From NCBI GenBank assembly GCA_944372675.1, contig CALVZW010000003.1, forward strand, positions 1-39,905: DNA of 39,905 nucleotides. Reading direction: 5' to 3'. Positions 1 to 8,341 of the stretch are shown here, piece by piece. The position numbers and the translations under genes are program-made. The notes under the pieces are model-generated. The model was not told the DNA's origin, made no database searches, and was given only the letters and a program-made list of their open reading frames with translations. This DNA comes from an uncultured Clostridia bacterium. Lineage in GTDB: Bacteria > Bacillota > Clostridia > Christensenellales > UBA1242. How positions within the stretch are numbered: the stretch's first letter is position 1; each line of letters opens with the position of its first letter.

Positions 1-95
1 AATTTTTTAAAAAAAATTTTTATTTTATTATATTAAACTAATGACAAAAATTAAATTTTATGATATTATATAAGTATCATTATAGGAGAATTTTA

Positions 96-815
96 ATGTT
101 TTGGATAGATATTGTATTTATAGTTCTCGTAGTTTTGTTTGGATTATGGGGACTTAAGCAAGGATTTTTAGCATCAGTTATTTCTCTTGTTGGAATTGCA
201 TTGTCTGTTGTGTTAGCAGTTTGGCTTGCTCCACCTTTTACAAGTTTTATTGATAACTTATTCGGTGGTGCAATTTCAGATATGTTCACCAATGTAATGA
301 ATGGTGTTGTTTCGGGCTTTGGCAATGTTGATTATAATTTGCCAGCTGATACTTCAGCAAGCACATTAATCGAATCATTTGATGTAAATGGCGTTTTAAA
401 ATCATTGATGGATGTTATGCTTGGAAGTGAAACACTTGTCGCAGGTACAAATGTGTTGGCTTGGTTCTCAACTAAATTAGGCGGATTACTAACAACATTA
501 TGTGGTGCAGTTTTACTATTCTTATTAATAAGAATTGTTATTGCACTATTGAGTAAACTTTTCGATAAAATCACAGAAAATAGAGCAGTTAACGGACTTG
601 ACAGAGTTTTAGGATTTGTTTTTGGAGCAATTAAAGGTTTAATTTTTGTTGCAGTTATTATAGCAATACTTAACATACTTTGCGTAATTCCAGCGATGAA
701 CGATTTTGTTACTACTTGGTTAGATAAAACATCTATACTAAATGATTATGCAAATTGGATTTTCCAATTAATAGATGATTTTACTTCACGGTACAACATA
801 ACTTTATTTAATTAA
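96..815 (+). CDS. cvpA: CvpA (colicin V production) family membrane protein
   Basis: N-term WIDIVFIVLVVLFGLWGLKQGF and C-term LDRVLGFVFGAIKG are CvpA signatures. Start moved from 60 to ATG 96 because AGGAG lies just upstream; sigmaA-like ATGACA-17-TATTAT at 41-69. Confidence 0.85.
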   Translation: MFWIDIVFIVLVVLFGLWGLKQGFLASVISLVGIALSVVLAVWLAPPFTSFIDNLFGGAISDMFTNVMNGVVSGFGNVDYNLPADTSASTLIESFDVNGVLKSLMDVMLGSETLVAGTNVLAWFSTKLGGLLTTLCGAVLLFLLIRIVIALLSKLFDKITENRAVNGLDRVLGFVFGAIKGLIFVAVIIAILNILCVIPAMNDFVTTWLDKTSILNDYANWIFQLIDDFTSRYNITLFN

Positions 816-819
816 ATTT

Positions 820-856
820 AAAAAAATCTCTAATTTATATCTTAGAGATTTTTTTT
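820..856. terminator. Bidirectional intrinsic terminator
   Basis: AAAAAAATCTCTAA / TTAGAGATTTTTTT inverted repeat between convergent genes. Confidence 0.75.
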
Positions 857-956
857 ATATTTTACAAAAAATTTATTTTACTAGGAGTTTCATTTACTAA
901 TTTACCGAATAAAAAACTTACAATTTTGATTATAAAAAAAGATAGGTATTCCCTAT

Positions 957-1862
957 CTAATCGTCAAGATTAAAACTTTTCATAATGTCCATTAAATCTT
1001 CTTTAGGTTGCAATGCTTCAAGCATATCAAATTTATCATCATCAGGTTTTTCTGCAGATTTACTTAAACTTTGTTCAAGAACTGCTAAATAGTTAGACTT
1101 TTGGTCTGGCGAAATGTCAGCATCCTTATGAGAAGTTTTGTATTGAAAGTTGTCAAAATCATCAAATTCACTTTTTAGAAATTTTTCGAAATCCCCTTCA
1201 TTTTCAAAATCATTTTTTTCTTTATCGACTAATAAATTTGACTTTTTATTTTGAACTTGAAAATTATTATTTTCCTGTTTGCGTTCCTTTTTTTTGTCAA
1301 TGTCAATTCGCTTAACTGTAGGATTTTCCGTTGATTCACTATTTTTATAATAAGCATTATTTTGATTATTTCCCCACATACGCGATAAAAGTGTTTTAGC
1401 ATAAATTTTTTCAGCCGTTTTATTTACACTACTTGGCATTTGCGATAATTCAACTTCTTTTGACAAAATTTTATTTAATGCCTCTTCAAATTCATCGAAC
1501 AAAACAGATATTCCACTCACTTTATTAATATTTGGGTATAATGCTTTAACTTCATTTAAAATGTTATTCCATTTTTTGTAAAGCACTTTAACCCTTTTAA
1601 TTTCCAATTCATAAATAGTTTTTGCACTAGATTCAATTTCTTTTGCAGTTTCAACTGCTACAACAAGTGCATTAGAAATTTGGTCATCTTTTTTATGATA
1701 TGAATCCAATTCCATTTTGCATTGCATAAGTTCGGCTTGTGCTTGCATAGCCTCTTGTTTTGATTTTTCTATTTCATCTTCATACTGATTTTTTAAATTC
1801 GCAATGTAATTTTCAACTTCTTTTTTATTATAACCCTTTCTTTCAATATCAAATTCTTTCAT
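957..1862 (-). CDS. DivIVA-domain coiled-coil protein
   Basis: N-term KEFDIERKGYNKKEVENYI matches the DivIVA membrane-binding motif (F....GY...EV..Y/F), followed by coiled coil; AAGGAG RBS. Confidence 0.75.
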   Translation of the reverse strand: MKEFDIERKGYNKKEVENYIANLKNQYEDEIEKSKQEAMQAQAELMQCKMELDSYHKKDDQISNALVVAVETAKEIESSAKTIYELEIKRVKVLYKKWNNILNEVKALYPNINKVSGISVLFDEFEEALNKILSKEVELSQMPSSVNKTAEKIYAKTLLSRMWGNNQNNAYYKNSESTENPTVKRIDIDKKKERKQENNNFQVQNKKSNLLVDKEKNDFENEGDFEKFLKSEFDDFDNFQYKTSHKDADISPDQKSNYLAVLEQSLSKSAEKPDDDKFDMLEALQPKEDLMDIMKSFNLDD

Positions 1863-1874
1863 ATTTTCTCCTTA

Positions 1875-2279
1875 TCAAAAAGCATATCCTATGCAACTTA
1901 TTGCCACAACAATTAATGAATACAAAAATAATTTTAAGTACAGTTTATTTTTAAAAAATAAATAAACTAATATAAACCCTAATGAAATACTTAAAAATAT
2001 TAATGGTAAAATATAGTGAAATGGTAACACAAAAATATCTCTAAATAAAAATACTACACCTACCAATATTAATGAAATTCCAGCAAAAAATGACGAATCT
2101 AATTTAAACAATATTCCACGCGTTAAGACTAATATTCCCATCACTATTAAAAAAATTTGAAACCAATAAACAACTATAAAAGAAAATTGTTCAATACCAC
2201 ATAAATTTAAAATGAAACAAATTAAGTACATTCCAATTATTGTAAAAAATATAGAATTATATATCGTTATTTTCTTCAA
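1875..2279 (-). CDS. Hypothetical multi-pass membrane protein
   Basis: About 5 hydrophobic segments. TTG at 2279 is preceded by GGAG at 7 nt (ORF track start 2297); overlaps the lgt 3' end. Confidence 0.7.
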   Translation of the reverse strand: MKKITIYNSIFFTIIGMYLICFILNLCGIEQFSFIVVYWFQIFLIVMGILVLTRGILFKLDSSFFAGISLILVGVVFLFRDIFVLPFHYILPLIFLSISLGFILVYLFFKNKLYLKLFLYSLIVVAISCIGYAF

Positions 2280-3252
2280 TTTTTTTCTCCATTTCATTTA
2301 AATTTTTATTAGATTTGTTATTTTTTTCATTTTCTTCAGTATTTACATTTTCTTTTAATGTATTTACTTTAATGTTTTTGGAATTTATACTTTTTTCAAT
2401 GGTAATAGAGTTTTTTACATCCAATTCATCATTAATGTTATTTTTTAAATAAATTTTATTTAATTGGTTCTTTATTTTCTTTCTTTCATTAAATATCACA
2501 CCAATCATTAATGCAATTCCAGCAATAACAAACAAAATACTTACTACTTGCGATACTGGAATGTTAGAATTTCCTATGAAAAGTATTTCACTTTCTTGTC
2601 GCATTCCTTCAAGAAAAAATCTTTCAATGCCATATAAAATTAAATATAAACTAGTAACAATGCCAAGAATTTTAACTCTTCTAAATACCAACATTAGTAT
2701 GACAAAAATTATTACGCAAATCATACTTTCGTAAAAGAATGTTGCATAGTGCCATTCACCCAACTTGTCGATATACACAGAAAAAGGAAACCATTGTAAA
2801 TCAGGGTTAGTAACAACTTTACCATATACTTCTTGATTAGCATAATTACCCCAACGACCTATTGCTTGAGCAATAACTAAACTCGGGGCAACTAAATCTG
2901 TAATTTTTAATAAATTTTGATTTCTAATAACTGAAAATAAAATTAGACCAATTAGCCCGCCTATAATACCGCCATAAATTGCCATACCCCCATTCCATAT
3001 AGCAATGGCTTCCATAAAGGTGTAAGATTGTCCAGAGAAAATAATATAGTAAATTCTTGCACCTACAATCGCCAAAGGAAAACACCATAAAAGAACTTCG
3101 TAAGGAAAATCTTTGTCATAATTTTTTAATTTATTGTTATAACAAGCAACCAAAACAGCGACAAGAACACCTGTCGCTATAATTATGCCATACCACTTAA
3201 TAGTCAAACCAAAAAGTTCAAATGCTACCCCCACTTCTAACAAGTTTACCAT
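2257..3252 (-). CDS. lgt: Prolipoprotein diacylglyceryl transferase
   Basis: WYGIII, GARIYY, IWNGGMAIYGG, QAIGRWGNYANQEVYG, FFYES, RFFLE motifs; low-complexity N/K/E C-terminal tail. Confidence 0.95.
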   Translation of the reverse strand: MVNLLEVGVAFELFGLTIKWYGIIIATGVLVAVLVACYNNKLKNYDKDFPYEVLLWCFPLAIVGARIYYIIFSGQSYTFMEAIAIWNGGMAIYGGIIGGLIGLILFSVIRNQNLLKITDLVAPSLVIAQAIGRWGNYANQEVYGKVVTNPDLQWFPFSVYIDKLGEWHYATFFYESMICVIIFVILMLVFRRVKILGIVTSLYLILYGIERFFLEGMRQESEILFIGNSNIPVSQVVSILFVIAGIALMIGVIFNERKKIKNQLNKIYLKNNINDELDVKNSITIEKSINSKNIKVNTLKENVNTEENEKNNKSNKNLNEMEKKIEENNDI

Positions 3253-3273
3253 TGTTTTTCTCCATTGCTTTTA

Positions 3274-3301
3274 ATTATATCACATATTGTTAAAATTGCA
3301 A
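3274..3301 (-). promoter_or_regulatory. sigmaA-type promoter for lgt operon
   Basis: Minus strand TTGCAA-16-TATAAT with TG extended -10. Confidence 0.6.
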
Positions 3302-3317
3302 ATTATTTTAAATAGAT

Positions 3318-3974
3318 TTACGAAACAAAAACATTATCTTCATTTACTTCACTATTGTTAGAATTTAGTGCAATTTTGCTAATTGAAATTTCATATGCGA
3401 TTTTATTTTCAACAGTATAATCGTCAATCTTTTTTTGATATTCACGGCTTTGAATACGGCCCTGAAGAACAACCTTTTCACCAACATTTATTGATTTTAC
3501 AAATCTAGCATTTCTTCCCCAAGCAATACAAGGTATGTAATCTGATTTATTATAAGCCCTATTTACTGCAATTAAAACATCACATATTTCTCTATTAAAA
3601 GGTGTTGTTCTATAAATTGGCTCTTTACAAATATAGCCCGCTAATTCAATGACATTAGTTGGATAATTTTCTATTTTTGGCACAATTTCTCTTACAAAAA
3701 TAGTTAGTGCTAGTTTGCTTTTACCATCAATTTGCTTGTTATAACTACGGAATTGCCCTTTTAATGCCACCATATCACCAACTTTTAACCCTTCTTCACG
3801 AAGTATGCGTTCAGAAATTGTAATAGGTATAAAATCACATTGACTCGATAATCTTTCAATTTTTATTGTCATATTGTAAAAGCCTTCACCATAGACTTCG
3901 TGACTAAATTCAGCATTGCTGACAATTTCCCCGTAAACATAAACTTTGTTGTTATTCATTTGCTCGTAATTCAT
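3318..3974 (-). CDS. ssb: Single-stranded DNA-binding protein, tandem-OB clostridial type
   Basis: FSHEVYGEGFY, GQFRSYN, YRTTPFNREICD, SDYIPCIAWGRNA, GRIQSREYQK: two OB folds; GGAGG RBS. Confidence 0.9.
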   Translation of the reverse strand: MNYEQMNNNKVYVYGEIVSNAEFSHEVYGEGFYNMTIKIERLSSQCDFIPITISERILREEGLKVGDMVALKGQFRSYNKQIDGKSKLALTIFVREIVPKIENYPTNVIELAGYICKEPIYRTTPFNREICDVLIAVNRAYNKSDYIPCIAWGRNARFVKSINVGEKVVLQGRIQSREYQKKIDDYTVENKIAYEISISKIALNSNNSEVNEDNVFVS

Positions 3975-3994
3975 TTATTTCCCTCCATCGTGCA

Positions 3995-4762
3995 TTATGA
4001 ATTTTTACTTTGAATACCTTGACTATTTATTGTGTAATCATCTTGATAAATAAGGTCACCAATACAAGTAATTGTAAAACCTTTCTTTTTTAAACGGTCA
4101 AGTAAAAGAGGAAGTGCATCTAAAATGTGGTCAGAATTATTATGACAAAGTATAATACTACCATTTTTAGCATTGTTAATAATTCTCATTGTAATTTCAT
4201 CCGCTGATAATCCTTTCCAATCTAGCGAATCAACATCCCATTGAATAGTTTTTAAATTCAAACTTTCCGCTTGCTCAATTAATGAGTTATTATATGCCCC
4301 ATAAGGGGCTCTAAATAAAGTAACTTCTTTATTAGTAATTTTTTCAATTTTGCTAATTGATGTTTCCAACTCTAACTTTTGATTTTCAGCCGAAAGTTTT
4401 GTCATATCAGGGTGAGTATTACTGTGAGTTCCAATTTCAAACCCGCTATCACTAATCTTTTTAACTAAATCAGGGTTGTTATCCACCCAAAATCCAACTA
4501 AAAAGAAAGTGGCATTAACTTCATACTCCTTACAAATTTCCATAATTTTTTCAGTTTTATCAGCACCCCAAGCCGCATCAAATGAAATAGCCACTTTAGG
4601 TTCAGTAGTTTCAACGCAATAAATTGGAACTTTTCTTATTGTTTGCCCCAAAAACACACCTGCAACCCTACCGCCATCAAGATTAATGCATAAAAGCGCA
4701 AGTAAAATAAATACAAAAAATAATTTTTTTATAATACTTAACCTAAAAACTATAAATTTCAT
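3995..4762 (-). CDS. pdaB: Polysaccharide deacetylase, sporulation PdaB family
   Basis: CE4 motifs SFDAAWG, HSNTHP, FRAPYG, WDVDSLDW, ILCHN; N-terminal membrane anchor. Confidence 0.85.
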   Translation of the reverse strand: MKFIVFRLSIIKKLFFVFILLALLCINLDGGRVAGVFLGQTIRKVPIYCVETTEPKVAISFDAAWGADKTEKIMEICKEYEVNATFFLVGFWVDNNPDLVKKISDSGFEIGTHSNTHPDMTKLSAENQKLELETSISKIEKITNKEVTLFRAPYGAYNNSLIEQAESLNLKTIQWDVDSLDWKGLSADEITMRIINNAKNGSIILCHNNSDHILDALPLLLDRLKKKGFTITCIGDLIYQDDYTINSQGIQSKNS

Positions 4763-4812
4763 TTAAGCACCTCAATTATATAATTTATAAAAATGAAAAA
4801 AATTGTAAATAA

Positions 4813-4819
4813 TGTCGAA
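4813..4819 (+). promoter_or_regulatory. Candidate Spo0A box
   Basis: TGTCGAA (consensus TGNCGAA) in the intergenic region between divergent sporulation-associated genes. Confidence 0.4.
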
Positions 4820-5011
4820 CAGTGTTTTGTTATGTATTAATTTCATATTTTTCATAACTGTTATACTATGTTTATGATAATTTATTTTTTTTTAGAACTT
4901 TCTTTACAAATTTTGGTACACATTTTCAAAAATAGGAATAGTATGTAATAGGTTCTTTGCTCTTCCCTACAAGCAAAGGGCCTGACTTTTGACCAGCAAG
5001 GATAAAATAAA

Positions 5012-5755
5012 ATGAGTTTATTGCAACTAAAGAATGTAAGTCTTAATTATCATTCACCCAAAGGTGAAACACTTGCACTTGAAAATATTTCATTTGATGT
5101 TAAAGAAAATGAATTTATTGCAATTGTAGGCCCTAGTGGATGTGGTAAAACAACAATTTTGTCATTAATATCAGGAATATTAAAACCAAGCAGTGGGGAA
5201 ATCATCAAAAATGGTGAATATGAAAACTTTATTGGTTATATGTTTCAACGCGACCATTTATTTGAATGGCGTACAATTTGGCAAAATATAATTTTAGGAC
5301 TTGAAATACAAAAGAAAAAAAATATTCAAAACTATGAATATTTAACACAACTTTTAAAGAAATATGGATTATATGACTTTAAAGATAAATTCCCTCGAGA
5401 ATTATCTGGAGGAATGAGACAAAGAGTAGCACTCATACGCACATTAGCACTTAACCCGAAAGTCTTGTTGCTTGATGAACCCTTCTCAGCATTGGACTAT
5501 CAAACAAGGTTAAATGTGTGCGATGATGTAAACAACATCATAAAAAGCGAGAAAAAAACTGCAATACTTGTAACTCACGACATTTCAGAGGCTATCTCTA
5601 TGGCAGATAGAATCATCATTTTGACTCCCCGCCCTTCTAAAGTCAAAAAAATAATAAACCTAAATTTACAAAAATACGGTACACCTTTTAATAGGCGTGA
5701 ATGTAGTGAATTTTCTAAATTGTTTAATGAAGTATGGAAGGATTTGGAGAATTAA
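5012..5755 (+). CDS. NitT/TauT-family ABC transporter ATP-binding protein (YtlC-like)
   Basis: Walker A GPSGCGKT, signature LSGGMRQR, Walker B LLLDEPFSALD, H-loop VTHD. Confidence 0.92.
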   Translation: MSLLQLKNVSLNYHSPKGETLALENISFDVKENEFIAIVGPSGCGKTTILSLISGILKPSSGEIIKNGEYENFIGYMFQRDHLFEWRTIWQNIILGLEIQKKKNIQNYEYLTQLLKKYGLYDFKDKFPRELSGGMRQRVALIRTLALNPKVLLLDEPFSALDYQTRLNVCDDVNNIIKSEKKTAILVTHDISEAISMADRIIILTPRPSKVKKIINLNLQKYGTPFNRRECSEFSKLFNEVWKDLEN

Positions 5756-5757
5756 TA

Positions 5758-6570
5758 ATGAAACAATCAAAAGAAAACTACTCTAAAGAACACTTAAGAT
5801 ATTTAAAAAAAATAAAGAACAAAAAAACTATTGTTCTTAGCAGTCAATTAGGTTTGCTTATCTTGTTTTTGCTATTGTGGGAACTTCTTGCACAAATTGG
5901 GGCAATCAATTCCTTCATAACAAGTTCGCCATCAAAAATTGTCAATACAATTGGAGAACTTTGGGCAAGTGGCGACTTATTGAAGCATATGGGAGTTACA
6001 TTACTTGAAACTATAGCAGGGTTTTTTATAGCATCTATATTAGGTACTTTAATTGCAATATTATTATGGTGGAGTGAAATGCTTCGCAAAATATTAGAAC
6101 CATATATAATAATTTTAAATAGTCTACCAAAAATAGCACTTGGGCCACTAATTATTATTTGGGTTGGCTCAGGAACAAATGCAATTATAGCAATATGTGT
6201 TTTAATATGTATTATTATAACCATAATTACAATGCTAAATTCATTCCTATCTTGCGATGAAGATAAAATTTTGTTGATGAAATCAATGGGAGCAAATAAG
6301 TTTACTATTTTAACTAAATTAGTATTACCTTATTCAGTACCAAACTTTATTTCAATGCTAAAGATAAATGTAGGTATGAGTTGGGTAGGCTCAATTATGG
6401 GTGAATATTTGTCAAGTAGTGCTGGGCTAGGATATTTAATAGTGTATGGCTCACAAGTATTTAGACTCGACCTTGTTATGACAAGTACAGTCTTACTGTG
6501 CATACTCGCTGGGTTAATGTATTTTGCAGTCGCTCTTCTTGAAAAATACTATAATAAAAAGCATAGATAA
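5758..6570 (+). CDS. NitT/TauT-family ABC transporter permease (YtlD-like)
   Basis: LNSLPKIALGPL, EAA-like MKSMGA, GEYL...GLGYLI. Start set at ATG 5758, directly after the ATPase stop with GGAG upstream. Confidence 0.9.
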   Translation: MKQSKENYSKEHLRYLKKIKNKKTIVLSSQLGLLILFLLLWELLAQIGAINSFITSSPSKIVNTIGELWASGDLLKHMGVTLLETIAGFFIASILGTLIAILLWWSEMLRKILEPYIIILNSLPKIALGPLIIIWVGSGTNAIIAICVLICIIITIITMLNSFLSCDEDKILLMKSMGANKFTILTKLVLPYSVPNFISMLKINVGMSWVGSIMGEYLSSSAGLGYLIVYGSQVFRLDLVMTSTVLLCILAGLMYFAVALLEKYYNKKHR

Positions 6571-6656
6571 ATATATACTAACAATCTAAAGAATTAGTAA
6601 AACAAAATAAGACCGACTAAATTCAAAAGTCTATTCTAAACTATCAAAAAGATAGT

Positions 6657-6687
6657 AATAAAGCCTTGAAATATCAAGGCTTTATTT
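6657..6687 (+). terminator. Perfect 13-bp inverted repeat, probable terminator of the ABC genes
   Basis: AATAAAGCCTTGA-AATA-TCAAGGCTTTATT. Confidence 0.6.
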
Positions 6688-6934
6688 AATAATATAAGTA
6701 AAATGTTTGTTTTATTTGTTACATAAAATATTGTGTTTATTTATAGAAATATTTTCAAAGATAAAAACATTTTTTACATTTATGTTTATAAATAAATTAA
6801 ATATTATAAATTAATTAAGTTAATTTTAAATTACAGTTATATTTTCTTATTCTTTATTTATGTTAATAATAAATTATAATACTGTATATTTATTGTAATC
6901 AAATAAACATAATACACAATATAAAGTGTATTAT

Positions 6935-6971
6935 AAAAAGAGAACACACTTAGTATTGTGTATTCTCTTTT
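6935..6971 (-). terminator. Intrinsic terminator of the Ord-like gene
   Basis: Minus strand AAAAGAGAAUACAC-loop-GUGUGUUCUCUUUUU; the single mismatch is a G-U pair only on the minus strand. Confidence 0.7.
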
Positions 6972-7056
6972 ACTCCCTGCAAATAAACCATTTAGAATAA
7001 TTGTTAATTTAATTCCCCTGCTTATTTAAACAATTAAAACTAAATAATTTAATAAA

Positions 7057-8265
7057 TTATTTGTCGTCATGATTATGGCAACCGCAACCACAGTGTTCGT
7101 CTTCACATCCACAGCCACAATGTTCATCTTCGCAACCGCAATCGCAATGACTATGACATCCGCAATCACAACCGTGATAATCATTTGGGTCAATTTCTAC
7201 AACTGAAAATGCTTGAACAAATTGTGCTCTTGGCATTTTTTCTGTTGTTACATAACCTGCTTCTGCTTCTAAAACATCAAGTAATCTATTTACAATAGTA
7301 GCACAAGTTAATTCAACTGTTTTAGGTCTTTCAACAGTAATAGTTGTATCAGGTTCACCTTCAATAGTCCAAACATTGCTATCAAAATCGTCTTTTGAAT
7401 ATACCATACCGATACATTGAGTTTCAAGTGTAACACCTTCTTCAGTTTCAGTTGTAACTACAGCACTCATACCACGAGCATCGCCCGCTTTAATTGTCAT
7501 ATTCAAAGTTTCTGATTTTAAGTCTTTATCATAAACTTGTGGTACGCATTTTTGTGTTTGTTTTTTAACAGTTAAGCCCAATTGAGAACACAACCAGCCG
7601 TTTGTATTCCACATATATGACGGAGCAAATTTTCCTTCATTAATTAACTTTTGTCTTTCTGCTTCACTAATATTATCAGCAGATGCTACTTGTTCTTCAA
7701 ATTCTTTTAATGTTAATCCAGCACCGTGTGCTCTAGCAAGTGCAATTCCGTAATCTTCTACATTGTAACTTGTTTTACCTGTTATTTTCTTAATTGTTTG
7801 TGTAGCACCTGCAAGTGTTGTGATTAAATTACCCCAAAATACATCTTGGTATCCTGAGCCACAAATTGTACAACCATTTTCCTTTGCCAAAGCATCAATT
7901 TCAGCAGTAAGTTCTGGATTTGAGTTCCAAGGATAAAATGCTTCTTCACAAGTTGTAATTGCATTAATACCACATTCAGCACAAACCAACAACGCGTCTT
8001 TTAAATCACTTAACAAACTCATTGTTGCAACAATGCAAATGTCTGGATTTGTTTCAGCAAAAACATCTTTTGCTTTAGTTGCATCTTGTATTTGAACATT
8101 ATATGTATTGCCATCATTGATAATTTCGCCAATATCTTTGCCAAATTTGCTTTTATCAATATCTAAAGCACAAACTATTTCTCCACCTTTTTCATATACA
8201 TATCTCATTAAATATTGAGACATTTTGCCACAACCATACATTGCGACTCTTAATTTTCTTTCCAT
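7057..8265 (-). CDS. 2,4-diaminopentanoate dehydrogenase (Ord)/DapB-N family NAD(P)-dependent oxidoreductase with Cys/His-rich tail
   Basis: Rossmann VAMYGCGKM, GINAITTCEEAFYPW, GCTICGSGYQD, TCATIVNR. ATG 8265 follows GGAGG. Confidence 0.8.
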   Translation of the reverse strand: MERKLRVAMYGCGKMSQYLMRYVYEKGGEIVCALDIDKSKFGKDIGEIINDGNTYNVQIQDATKAKDVFAETNPDICIVATMSLLSDLKDALLVCAECGINAITTCEEAFYPWNSNPELTAEIDALAKENGCTICGSGYQDVFWGNLITTLAGATQTIKKITGKTSYNVEDYGIALARAHGAGLTLKEFEEQVASADNISEAERQKLINEGKFAPSYMWNTNGWLCSQLGLTVKKQTQKCVPQVYDKDLKSETLNMTIKAGDARGMSAVVTTETEEGVTLETQCIGMVYSKDDFDSNVWTIEGEPDTTITVERPKTVELTCATIVNRLLDVLEAEAGYVTTEKMPRAQFVQAFSVVEIDPNDYHGCDCGCHSHCDCGCEDEHCGCGCEDEHCGCGCHNHDDK

Positions 8266-8288
8266 AATAACCTCCAAGGAATAAATAC

Positions 8289-8317
8289 ATTTTAACTAAT
8301 AATAATATTTTTGTCAA
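8289..8317 (-). promoter_or_regulatory. sigmaA-type promoter of the Ord-like gene
   Basis: TTGACA-17-TAAAAT on the minus strand. Confidence 0.7.
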
Positions 8318-8341
8318 TTAATTTAAAACTATTCCATAAAA

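Noticed and set aside
4816-4828. LexA (Cheo) box-like CGAACAGTGTTT
   Set aside because: Spacer is 3 nt rather than the 4 nt of GAAC-N4-GTTC.
4948-4978. preQ1-I riboswitch-like start (UAGGUUC...CCUA)
   Set aside because: Only a 4-bp P1 and no A-rich 3' tail; a longer simple hairpin explains the sequence better.
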